From Phoronis australis (lineage: Eukaryota > Animalia > Phoronida), in the NCBI GenBank assembly GCA_002633005.1, contig NMRA01000893.1, positions 1-49,099 on the forward strand: a stretch of 49,099 bases of DNA, written 5' to 3'. Position numbers and translations under genes: made by a program. The notes under the pieces were generated by a model. The model saw only the letters and a program-made list of their open reading frames with translations, ran no database searches and was not told the DNA's origin. This document shows, piece by piece, positions 1 to 12,800 of the stretch (positions are counted from its first letter, which is position 1; every line of letters begins with the position of its first letter).

Positions 1-728
1 AATTGATGAGTTTGGGATGGCGTATACTTTGTATTTCTAAAATTTACAAGGTCTGACCATGAGCAATTGAGCAAAATCATTAATTTTCCACTCTTCCTCA
101 CAGTTGAAAATTTTCTGCAGCAACGGTTGAATTGAACTGTTCATTAGTACTCTTCAGTTGATAGTTTTTATCCATTGTCAGATTCATATTAGAAGTATTT
201 GATCAACAACTTCTAACTTGTGCTTGAACTAAACATTCATTTTTGGAGGAACATAGATTCATGCAGGCGTCAGAGTTACGGAGTTTAGTAATCCTGAAAT
301 CTTGAAAGCTCTTGCTATTTTTATTATTCTAACCATGTAGTAACTAGAAGTATCTGTCAGCTTTTCATGTTTTGATATATAATTGATTATATAGCATTCA
401 CTCTTTGACGAGGGTTCAGCACGCCTAAAGCTGCTATAAACCTGCCTTCCATCACAAAAGGAAACTTTTGATTGAGATCCCTAGTTCATTTTTGCCTGAG
501 GCCAGGTTCTGCAGGTTGACTAGTCATGGCGTGTCATTTTATTTGCCTGGAGTTGTCTTGAGGAATAACACACTGCCAGCACCTTGCAAGAAAAAATTGC
601 TTCTCATTTGTCTAAGGACTTAGTTTTTTGTTATACTGGTGGTCAAAATTGAAACCGAGTGTCTTCGACAGGATGTGAGTTTGTACATGTAGCTTACTTG
701 AACAATGCATTGATATCTGTGTTTTCAG

Positions 729-835
729 GTGGCCAAGGTATGACCTATATGCAGTTAGCACGGATGTCAGAGGTCACGGCCCTAGATGGGTCAATAGCTG
801 CGACGTTATCAGCTCATCAGTCCGCAGGCTTGAAG
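729..835 (+). CDS. ACAD9: ACAD9 exon: (G)[35 protein letters not shown]
   Basis: Acceptor ttttcAG at 727-728, donor GTgcag at 836; resembles ACAD9 GLGFSNTMYSRLGE...AHQAIGLK. Confidence 0.9.
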
Positions 836-3800
836 GTGCAGATCACTGCATGAATATTATTTATAGGCGCGGTACAAAACTGTTCACCTGTGCCTTGCAT
901 GGTCATGCCTTTCTTGATTTGCAGTGACTCATTTTTAAAGTGGCTGTCTGTTCTTCTGTCACAAAAACAACATTTGTCGTAGACTGTCCTTTTGTCATTT
1001 TGAAATTGGTCTCGATTTGTTCCAAGTGGGATGTGGTCCGAGAGCTTCAACAAAACTGACAATTTGTTATTACTTGAGACCAGGCTCTGTTAGTTGGCTT
1101 GTCACAGTGTGTCATCGTATGAGCCGAGCGTGATCTCAAGAAATAACGAATTGCCAGTTCTTTGCATACCCAAAAATCACTTCACCTGAGTAAGGAACAA
1201 GTTGAGACAAATTGTCATATTATTAAATATTATATTAAATCTCATTATTATGTTTTGATTTTCAAAACCTTGTCATCATATTTGCGATGTAGGTATGTAG
1301 CGGGACATACTCATTTAATTGGCATTGATGCATGCAGCTTTGAGACACATTTTTCATTGCCATATCAGTGCATACAAATGTGGAACACTGCCTTCATGAT
1401 GGCTTGACTGGCAGTGTTCAAATTTGAACATATTTTTGCGACATTGGCACAGATGGACAAAGTACATCCTCCGTCTCTCATTGCTCACCATAACTAGAAA
1501 ATTGAGCCTGTGTCCCCAGCCACCATGTCGAAAAGTGTGTTTACGTTGTTATGTTGTCAGCACTTATTAAATATCTCATAGTTTTGGAATCGTGCATCAG
1601 TTTATTTTCTGCGGATACCATTCCCCACAGCGAAGGTCAGACATTTTTCAGTACTGTGGAGAACAAGATTTTGTCTTATCAAAATTGAATTCTGCACTAG
1701 ATCATGTGACAAGGTATAGATACATCTGTCTTTGCCAGGGGATTCTGATATTCGGTACAGATGAACAGAAACGGAAGTACTTGCCGAGGCTGGCGTCTGG
1801 AGATCTTGTAGCTGCATTTTGTCTCACCGAGTCTAGCGGGTAGGAAGTCATTTGACACTTGCTGGATCTATGAATGCCAAATTTTAATCAACACTCCATT
1901 TTAGATATGACCAATCATCTCTCATGTGAAAGCTGGAATCTTTAAGCTTGCCACACGGCGGGTCAATGAGGTTACCAGCTAAGAGTTAATCTCATCTCCA
2001 GATTTTCTGGAAGAGCTTTTCATGTACCCAAGTTGGCACTGAGCAGAGGGGCAATGCTTCAAGTCCGCAGATGAACAACAGAATTTAGCGTAATCCTCGC
2101 ATTTGAGAGTCTACCTGCCAATCTTCTGCGCCATTCTTTTTGTGTGGTATTGTTTTAGCAAGTATTTCTTCAGCTCTGGATCTTAAAAAGCAACAATTGT
2201 GCGCATTGGCACTAGATTAGAGTATATAGTAGGGTGACTACAGGGCAACTTGAATTGCTGTCCATTGAATCTGAGTCAGGATCAAGGGCTAGTCACTTTT
2301 GTACTCTCATTACTCAAGAGAGCACCAATGGCAAAAGTCCTCTATGTCTCCAACACTATTTCGGTTTCGCACTCAGTTTTAGCACGTTGCATCTAAACCC
2401 TTCGCAACATAGTGATAATTGCCATAGTTTGGCAGGTCCCCTACAGAGAAGGCAGTGTTGCGGAATGTTGCAGCCTTCTGCGGGCTTAATGTGTGGATGT
2501 TTCTTTTACTTTTTCTAGTGGAACTGATGCTGCTGCGATTGAGACAAGAGCCAAGTTATCTGAAGATGGGCAGACATATTATTTAACAGGAAACAAGAGG
2601 TGGATAACAAACGGCGGCATTGCGGATATTTTCACAGTGTTTGCAAAGACAGAAATTAAAACTGACACAGTGAGTAAAATTTCACATTCATGGGCCTGTT
2701 TTGTGAAAAGTGAGTTGGGGAAGAAATTAGGAGTTATGCTCCCAGTAATTACTGGTAGACCACTGCCTGGAAATAACCTGTACATTTTTTCAGTAAGTAA
2801 CAGTTATGGCAATATTCTTAGATTTTTTGTGTTCTTTTACGAATGAGTTTAATTTGTCGAGAGTAAGATCACATTTCTGTCTTTTAATCTTAAGTCATGA
2901 AGCAGACTTCAGATGGGAAATTTTTGTGAGAAGGAAGACAGAAAATCTGATGAGGCAGGTCTAATGCTTTAAATGGGCATTCACTAAATGTGTGCTGTCT
3001 GTCATGTTACAAGTAATTAGCATAACATTAATATTCTGGCCAATCACATGCGATAACTTTGTGTGGGCAGAACCACACCACGAATCACGTGATTGGAATT
3101 TTTATCTTCTCGCTGTAAGGAGGTGGATCTCCAGCCTAATTGGGGGTCGGACGATAAAAAATTAGATCAGGTGTCTGATGACGTTTCATGTGGACTTTTT
3201 TCTGATGTCAGATAAACTATCTGATCTGCCTTTCAATTAGACTGCATGTGAGTACTAATTAAATTAAATCTTTTTTGTCATTTCTTTTGTTTATAGTCCT
3301 CACTGGGTACTATCCAAATCTCACTCAAAGGTGTAACATACAGATTCAAGAATGATGATATTATTGGTTATCTAATTTTTCAGTATTAGGTAATTGAAAA
3401 GTACTTTATTCATTTTTCACCATTATAACCGATTTGTTTCAGGGGGAGGTGCATGATAAAGTGACAGCCTTCATAGTTGAGCGTGACTTCGGAGGCGTTA
3501 GTCATGGCAATCCCGACGATAAGCTGGGAATCAGGGGGGCAAACAGTGAGTAGTTTGTAGCCCCTACCAAGGAAAATCTTTAGTTAAAATTCGGAGACTT
3601 GGGTGTTTACTTGGGAGGCATCTTGATTACTTTAATTTGATTTCTGGCACTGACCGAATGATCCTCTTTGGTGCTATGATTGAAGCTTGCACTTCTTGTT
3701 TTGGAGAATGTTGGTGTAAAAGATGTTTAAACGCTTTTTTATCTTTGTTAGTGCACTTGTACTGTCTGAGGTCTTAGTTGCTTTCTGAAAGCACCATCTC

Positions 3801-6800
3801 GATTCGTAGTACACTTGATGTGTCGAACTATTTGTATGAGAATGTCAGAAAAGTTACACAGTATACCTTATGGCCAGACGTGGTTGATTTTCTAAAAGTC
3901 ATTTCTACCTCTCACAAATATATGTTAAATCTCGATACATTGAAAGGTCAAGTCAAAATCAATAGCCTTCTGCTAAGTGCACTTAGGAACCACACAAACA
4001 ATAATGTGGCATAATTCCATTTCACTATTGTGACAAGTTATGACCCTGTGAGTGTAACACTTGCAGTCAGTCATCATGTAGTAAATTCTGGCTCACTTTG
4101 TCCGATTATTTCACTATGGAAAGTTAAAAACACCAATTCTCTGCATTGAAAAACTCAAGAAAATGTAGTCCGGATAAAAATAAGTTTTAAGGGCACAATA
4201 TTTGGCTTTTTTAATTTGCGGCTGATGAGTACCATCTTTTATCAACAGCGTGTGAAGTGCATTTTGCCAACACCCCTGTACCTGTTGAGAACGTGATTAG
4301 TGAAGTTGGCCTGGGGTTTCAAGTAGCGATGACCATCATAAATAGTGGGAGGTTCATGACGGGAAGTACTGGCGCAGCAATTCTCAAGAGGTTACTATGT
4401 AAGTGCATAATGATTGACAATCTGTGAGTTTGGTGACCTCATGCAAGATTGTGCTGATGCATTACTGCAGACTTTGCTTGTGTTTTGAGTAAGCTTGCGA
4501 ACATCGCAAAATTGTAAGTTTCAAATCTGAAGAAATTGTTCTCTTATTCTGAAAAGTTGAATTAAGAGAGTTAAAATTATGTTAGTATCCTACTGTTTCT
4601 TGTGCAGTTGTTATGATGCAAGTGTTTGGCAAGGGACTAAAGTTGTTGAATGCATGCTGGGTCGTCACAGGATGAGTTTAGTGGGTCCTGATGGGCTGAT
4701 TGAAGTGTACTGTGGATTCATAGCCAGCGTCCCAGGACTCAATTGGGGCTCGTTCCTTAAAAGCAAGATACTCGCAAGATGCTTACAGTTAGAAATCTTT
4801 TCTTGTGGAACAAAAATAACAATTTTACTAATTTTTCACCCAAAATTCAACATACAGGCTAGTGAGTTTAGTGGTGGTCATTTTGCTAGTGTCCTGTGCT
4901 TCTGTGAAACACTTGCATTCTACTCATGTGATTTTGCATCATCTCTTTTCTCATTCCCTAGAACACAACTGTGATATTTTCTATGTTGAAGATATTTATT
5001 TAATATTTTCTTCTTTCTGAGAGCAAGTAATAACAGAATAAACTCACCAAAACATGGCACAGATGTCTTTCAGTAACCAAAAGACATTATTTAAGAATGA
5101 CAAGCTATGTAAAAACACAATCAGCGAGATATGCAAAAGTGAGGATTGGGATAGAAACTACAAACCAGTTATACAGCCACATTGGAGCATTGGTTTGATG
5201 CAAATTGTATAAATGGTTCTTCTCTTAAATTGGGGATTGAAAGTGGCAGACATTTCTTCCACAATATGTCTCAAAGGAAACAATGTTGTCTTTACCAAAC
5301 GCATTTTACATCAATGTGAAAGACAGACTGGATTTGTTTTTTTTTTTGTTATTTACTGATGATTACACTATTGGCGCCTTATGCCGAGTTGATTTGTCAT
5401 TTGTTTCAGATGAAACCACAGAATACGCCATATCAAGATCATTGTTCAGCAAAAAGTTGCACGAGTTTGAACTTATACAGGTAGTCACTAATATGTTATT
5501 TCTGTATGTTCTAGTGGAAATCACTAGAGTTAAAATGTAATGCCAGCACAGATGATAGGCAGCATATTGGCACCTCAATAGTTTCTGATGAAATTCCCAG
5601 AAGAGGCGCCACTTTCTGGTTAGTGGGCGTATGCCTCATTTTCTGGAAGTAAATCCATGACTCCTACCAGGCGCTGCTAGTGAATAGTGTTGGGTGCGCC
5701 TTGTGTGTACGATCACAGTTTTTGTCCATTGAGAATATTATCCAGATTTGGCAGTCCATGTAATATTAATAGTCTATTTTGACAGTTACAAAGTAGTGAT
5801 ACCCTGTGTGCTTTTGAGTGAAAATCGCAGACTAATTTCTTATCACTGTGATTATTTGGCCAAGCGAGTAGCAATGATGTGAATATGAATTGTCTTGGAA
5901 GCCGCTAAATGTTTTTTAAGAATGAGTTTTGTGGTTGAAATGATTCGCTGCAAATCTTCATCAGTCAATACCGTGAGGTGGTGCTTGGGAAAAACGTTGC
6001 ATGATGCTGGTTATTTGTCCTTTTAAAGTGCAATGGTCATCCATTTGCCAGATTTTTTGTTTTCACATGTGCAAAATTATCTGCGAATACGGTTGCTGCC
6101 TAGAAGTTTTTTGGTTCGTGCTATACATTAGCATGGTTAGGAGTTTGCAAATGCATCAGATCTCTAAATCTTTCACTCTTTTTTGTTAACTTGTCTGTGC
6201 TTCTTAAATTAATTTGCATTGTTTCCAAGCATCTTGAGAAACACAAAGTTATAATGGAAGTTCATTGCTTTGACTACCTCTCTTTCTCGCTCTCCGTCCC
6301 TCCCTCCCTTACCCCCTCCCTCCCTCCGTCCCTCACCCCCTCCCTCCCTCCNNNNNNNNNNNNNNNNNNNNNNNNNNNNNNNNNNNNNNNNNNNNNNNNN
6401 NNNNNNNNNNNNNNNNNNNNNNNNNNNNNNNNNNNNNNNNNNNNNNNNNNNNNNNNNNNNNNNNNNNNNNNNNNNNNNNNNNNNNNNNNNNNNNNNNNNN
6501 NNNNNNNNNNNNNNNNNNNNNNNNNNNNNNNNNNNNNNNNNNNNNNNNNNNNNNNNNNNNNNNNNNNNNNNNNNNNNNNNNNNNNNNNNNNNNNNNNNNN
6601 NNNNNNNNNNNNNNNNNNNNNNNNNNNNNNNNNNNNNNNNNNNNNNNNNNNNNNNNNNNNNNNNNNNNNNNNNNNNNNNNNNNNNNNNNNNNNNNNNNNN
6701 NNNNNNNNNNNNNNNNNNNNNNNNNNNNNNNNNNNNNNNNNNNNNNNNNNNNNNNNNNNNNNNNNNNNNNNNNNNNNNNNNNNNNNNNNNNNNNNNNNNN

Positions 6801-9800
6801 NNNNNNNNNNNNNNNNNNNNNNNNNNNNNNNNNNNNNNNNNNNNNNNNNNNNNNNNNNNNNNNNNNNNNNNNNNCCCCCTCCCTCTCCCCCTCCCTCCGT
6901 CTCTCTTCCAACATATCCTACGTATGCCATTCTTAGACAGCAAAAACAAAATAAGCAATGACTTGTAGCTTACTGTTTGACATACAATACAACGAGTAGA
7001 AAGACTTCTTCAATGACGCAATTATTGGCAAGTAAATTGACTTTAGTCTATGCAATTATTTTCAGGAAAAATTAGGCAAAATGGCAGTACAAGTCTACGC
7101 CATGGAGAGCATGTCGTATCTAACGGCAGGAATCATGGATATGTACCAGGAACCTGACTTGTCATTAGAATCGGCGTTAGTCAAAGTGAGTTACAGTGAG
7201 TTGTACATCGAATGATGTCACAAGCATTGTATTGTTCTAGATAAGCAATGTCATTAGTATGGCATTATTATTTGAAATGGATCTTTGTCATCATTGATTG
7301 TTTATGAATATGACGATTACAAGAGAGCTGTACAACTACAATGTTGTTATTTGTTTACTTAAAGTTAATTTGAAGGCTACTCCGACACTATGTCTACTGC
7401 ACTGGGACATCCTGATTCATATAATTTTGAGTGGCGATTTTTTGATTTAAATTTGCGACGCATCACTAAAAACGAGTTCTTGAAATAAGGCAAGATAAGA
7501 CTTGTTGTTTGCTCTAACGGCTCAGTGTCCAGATTAGCTTGATACATGGCCTCATTCTGATTTTATCGTACCTTGAACTCAGTCACTTTTGTCGCGCTGA
7601 TGGAGGGGTCAGTATATCAGAAACTATCAGCTGAGCATGAAACATGTGGTTAACACAATATCTCTGGAATCAAAAATTAAGGATATATTAACTAATTGGT
7701 TTTATAAGTGCCAGACACCTGAGTTGATACTCCATTGTTGAAATCTCACCAGTTCAGGACACATGTGGCAGACAGATGAAATTACATTTCTTCATTTTTT
7801 TCCTACATAATAAACAGTACCAGAACAATGCTTCGTTGTATCGAAGCTCTGTATGATCACACCTACCAGCAGGCAATATTTTAAAAATTCTGGACAATCA
7901 CAACAATGTGAGAAGCATTTCAAAATGATAAATTGCAATCTTGGCAAATGTTTTCACCTGAAATTGGTACGATCTCACCATAGTATATGATAGGCTACTC
8001 TTCTTTGAACAGAGTGAGAGTTGTTATTAACCTTCCTGTTACACCTCAGTAAAGACAAATACTGGTCATGTAATCATGCTCATGTGGGCTTCACTTTTAA
8101 ATTCATAGATTTTTGGTTCATTGGTCCTGACTAAAAAACCTAACTGTATCTATCAGTCTTCTGTTCAGTGGAATTCAGATTTCTTATACGGTAAATGCCC
8201 GCCTGCACTGCTGTTTGCCTTGAAGCTATGACTCCGGAACAGAACAATAAAACACTGCATAATATGATGTGTGCCTATGGAATCCGTGTTTGGAATTGTT
8301 TTGATTGATTGTTTCAAGGAAACTTAGTATGATGTTATTTTTTTGATTAGATATTCACCACAGAGAGCCTTTGGCATTGCGTCAGCGAGTGTCTCCACAT
8401 TCTTGGTGGGATGGGTTACATGAAGGAGTTCCCCTACGAACAGTATCTCAGGGACAGCAGGGCACTGTTTTTGTATGAGGTAACAAAGATACCTGTGCTT
8501 GAATTCTTCGTCTCATTTTAATTAATATGTTTTACCTGTGGTCTTAATTAGATTTGTTTAAAGGTACTCAGCAAAGTGTTACGAAACTCTAGTGAACCAA
8601 CTCAATTTGTAATGCCTTGTGGTGAGATTTCTGTGGTGACCATGTTGTCTCAGTGACACTTGCCTTGTACACACAACCAGCTTTTTGATTTTGCTGCCGA
8701 GCCTCTGTATGTTACAAGCTGTCTGTGAGTACGGTAATTTGTTATTTCCGTAATAAGGAACTGGCTAAAAGTATGGTCATGTTGTTGGTTTTCTGACTTG
8801 TAACTTTTTACTTGAGGGTCTGTGCACATTTAAAGTGCCAGGTTGGAGTTTACTGCAGCTGTAAAAGGCGAAAATGTGAGGTTATTTTTGGACAAGATTG
8901 ACGTCTTGAAGTTATTAGCTTTGACTAGTGCTGTGAAGTTCCAAAACTTGTTGTTTTTTTGTTACAAATCTCCAATTTCCTCTGTTGTCTGCCAGATGTT
9001 TGGAGAAACTAAATGCACTTATTAAATTATAAAATACTGTAGCATTCATTTTGTGCGGTTTAGCTTATTAGCAGAGATTGTATTAGGCTGCAGCTGCTGA
9101 GGGATGCTGGTTTAATTCCATTTTGAGTCTGATATCCCCAAATTATATTCTTTGACATGCTGTCTGTTATTAAAGCACTGACTTTAATTGAATTTATAAA
9201 GTATATCACCCATGGTATAGCCTGACGGTGTTAACCATTGGGTTTTTATTGCAATTTTATGTTGCCACAGGGAACCAATGAGATGCTGCGACTACTTGTA
9301 TCAATGAGTGGCCTTCAACATGCTGGGAAGGAACTGATTGACACGGTTCGGTAAGCACCCTTTTTTGTGCGCTATTGATAATCATAGCACCGGTGCTGTT
9401 TCAATTTTGTATAACACTTCAAAAAGAACAAGTGTTTTAAGTTATTATTATTATACTTTCATCATGCTCATTCATAGCTACTATTATTTTTTAATTTTTA
9501 AGCATCTCTTCTCAATGAAGAACAGTAATCATTGTTGGATTAAGTTATTAGAAGAAACCAATATTTGACACATTCTGCTACTCTATTGTCCTATGCCTTG
9601 TTTCATAAATTTTGACATGACTCCAGCAAGACTACGGGACATAAAGAAGATTTTGTTGCTATTTTATGAAAATTGAAATTGCTGTAATGTCACGTGGTAA
9701 ATGATATGATCTCTTGGAGAGTAAAAACAGTTGAGCTATATAATTGAAAATAATTTTGAAATATATGTATGAGTAGCTGTGTGCTGACTGAACAAAGTTA

Positions 9801-12800
9801 AAGAGGTTAAAATGACATCTACCTGATGAACTCTCAAAGATTTAAAAAAAGATATCAAGGTCTGTTGCATGCAAATTTCCCTGAAAATTATTAGGGTTGA
9901 GCGAGGTCTGGTTATTGGCATTCATATTGTGAAATTGTGGTGGAAATCCTTGGAACTTATTTGTTATGAGTTATTATTCAGAAATCATCGTGGAGTATTT
10001 CACCTGTGTCATGTGACTTTTAATCAGACACTCAGGGTTAACGCCATAATCAACCAATGTCGTGTCTTTTTTTCCCGCTATAGCGGCATGCAATTGATAT
10101 TTCTATGGGTGTGAAGTGTAAAGCAATAAATATTCATCTTGTTTATAGCGCTGTACAAATCAGGTGTCCTGAATGTTTCCCGTCTTAGACATGATTAAAG
10201 GACAAGTTTGTTGAAATTTGCCAGTGTTTGATGTTCACTTTGTGATAAAGTCAGCGTTCTTACTGAAATATTATTTTCCTCGGATTCCTAGACTTGAGGT
10301 ATTTCCTTACCTAACTCTGGAGGTGTTTCCTTTCTGACAGTATCTTTTGAATTTCCAATGCAGGAATTCTGCTGTTGATATCTTGTTGTTTACTTTTCCA
10401 GGAGAATGCGAGACCCTTTGAACAACTTAGGATTCATCTTCAAGAAAGTCTTTCCGCAACAAATGTCCTTCAGAAGGGAGCCAAAGCTCACTATGAAACT
10501 TCACGACTATGCTCACCCTACTCTTGTGGTAAGAGTTTTACAAGCAAATAATATCTAAAAGTAGCTTTATTACTAAGCTTACGGTTTTCAGCCCATGAGA
10601 CAATAATTGGATATAAAGTGCCCACAAGTTTGATGGTGGTTATTCATTGGAAAGGACAGGTTCTCAAAATTCGGGCATGTTATATCTGACTATCACCAGC
10701 CCATGAAGATGAACATTTTTCTAAAAGCTGACAATTGCCACATACCGGACGGGTATGCCTGGTGTAATTAAGCTTACTGCAAGATATTTGGGTGGGAACC
10801 AAGTGTTACTTTATCAACAATCAAATTTTTTAACCATTACTTTATTAACCTTTAATAATGAAACAAGTTCATTTGACTGACATTTACATAATATTCAAAA
10901 ATTTGTCATACACAAAAAAATGTGCTCCGTACCAGTTAACGTTTTCGGCTATGGGCTCTACTCCATGAGTCGAACAAATGATGTTGTGAGTGGGGTGGAC
11001 TTTTCCCTCTTTATCTAGGAGAGTCACTTGATGGATTTTCATGAACTATGGTTTCTATTGAGGATATTTCTGCACCTTCTCATTTTTGGATGGATTTGTT
11101 CTAGACCATACAGTTGTCATTTTTATTATTTGTGAGTCAGCTTTTTGCCATCCGCCTTTTTCTCTGCCAAGCCACTCGAACGTCTGTGGGATCATACGAA
11201 AATTGGCAAATGTGTTTCTACTGAGAAGACTGTGTTGACATTGATTTTCGGAGATGTCCCACTATTGTGGCGTCTCCTAATGGGAATTTTGTTTTTTGTG
11301 ACTTTGTCTCCTTAACCCCTGGCAAAATCTTTGTGAAATTTAGCAATTGTGGTTACAAATAATAACACTTTGACGACTCCAGCTACAATTGTGCCCTCAT
11401 TGGATTTTCATGTTTTCTTTGTACCTCCAATGTCCTTTGAAAGCTGATAACAATTTCTCTCTGACAGATTCGTCTATCACTGTGCTTCCTAGGGAAATTT
11501 TTTACGTTTGCCTCTGTATCTTTGAAAGTTTTCAAATAGGTTTCTACTAGAGAGTTTATGATGGCTTTAAATGCACACACACAATATGTTGAATGCATAT
11601 TGCCGTCATCTGTGTCTCGGCTTTCGGCATCTGCAGCTGTATCTCCTGAACTCCTTGAAATTTGGCAGGTGTGTTTTTATGCAGCTGACTACAGATGAAA
11701 ACGAGTTTCGGGTCAATCCGAATAATGCTGTGTCCTCTAGTGGTAGTTGTTGATTTTTATGCTTGCCTCTGCATTTGGATTTCCTTGAAGGATTTTCATG
11801 AAATTTGGCAAATGGTTTTCAATAAGGAGGTGACAATGCCATTTCATTTACAGACAGATTTGATGGATTTTATGCCATCTCGTGGGCATTTTTGTTATTT
11901 TTGCATCAGTTTTGTGAGGTTCACCACTCAATCTGCAATGATGATACCACTCAAAGGATCATTATGAAAATTTACCAATGTGTTCCTGATGAGAAGGCAA
12001 AGACTGATGTTGACATTCGGATGGGTCAGACTACTCTGTCGCCCCCTAGCGGCGATTTTGTTCGTTTTTTTTGTTTGCGGCTGAATATCCTAACAGTTTG
12101 AAGGACTTTGTTTGAAAGTTGAAAGATGTGTTTCTATGGAGCCGACAACAAACTTGAAAATAACGAGTGGCGAATTGTTCCAAATACCACTGTTCCCCGT
12201 AGAGCAAAATGTTCTTTTTTTACATTTGCCTGTGCATCTTTGTTGTTTGTTAAAGAAAATGCGTTTTCATGAAGTTTGGCTAATGAGTTTCTTTTAACGC
12301 CTTTCCATTTTCGGAATCTTTGATGATTTCTGCACCACCTGGTGGCCATTTATGAAAGTTTGTTGTGTTGTACGTTTTTGACGTCTCCCTCTCTATCTGC
12401 CAAACATCTTAAAGGAGCATTATGAAAATTGATGGTTGTATTCCTGATGCGAAAACCCTTGGTGATGCTGATTTTCGATTGATTTGACTGTTCTGGCAGC
12501 CCTTAGGGGCAATTTTGTTTTTTTGGATCTACAGCTGTGTCCCCTTAATCGTTTGAAGGATTTTTGCAAAGTTTGGCCAGTGGACTCCTGTAGGGATGGC
12601 AACAGATAATGATGATGAGTTTCAGACTAATCGGACAGTCACTATAACTGTGCCCCGTTGTCAATATTTTTTACGTTTGCCTTTGGAATTCCTTGGCTTA
12701 AATTTAGCAAATAGTTTTGTATTAAGGAGACAATGCCAGCTTCTCAATTTGGATTTGTTTGGTGCATTCTTTACCATCCAATGGCCATTTTTATGATACT

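Noticed and set aside
52-125. Peptide SDHEQLSKII...TVENFLQQR faintly like an upstream ACAD9 exon
   Set aside because: No convincing donor, and the next expected exon (…LFGLQVPEEY-like) is absent before 729; likely chance
2947-2975. CTGATGAG hammerhead-like box (also at 4222, 11985, 24704)
   Set aside because: No downstream GAAA box or supporting helices
3040-3095. Imperfect inverted repeat CCAATCACATG...CACGTGATTGG in an ACAD9 intron
   Set aside because: Short, no TSD or second copy; cannot be assigned
4579-4974. 131-aa intronic ORF (and similar ORFs at 12733, 25309, 47857)
   Set aside because: No motifs or splice support; composition typical of non-coding DNA
6191-6968. Five long ORFs (193-256 aa) in the ORF track
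   Set aside because: Artefacts of translating through the N gap and CCCT repeats
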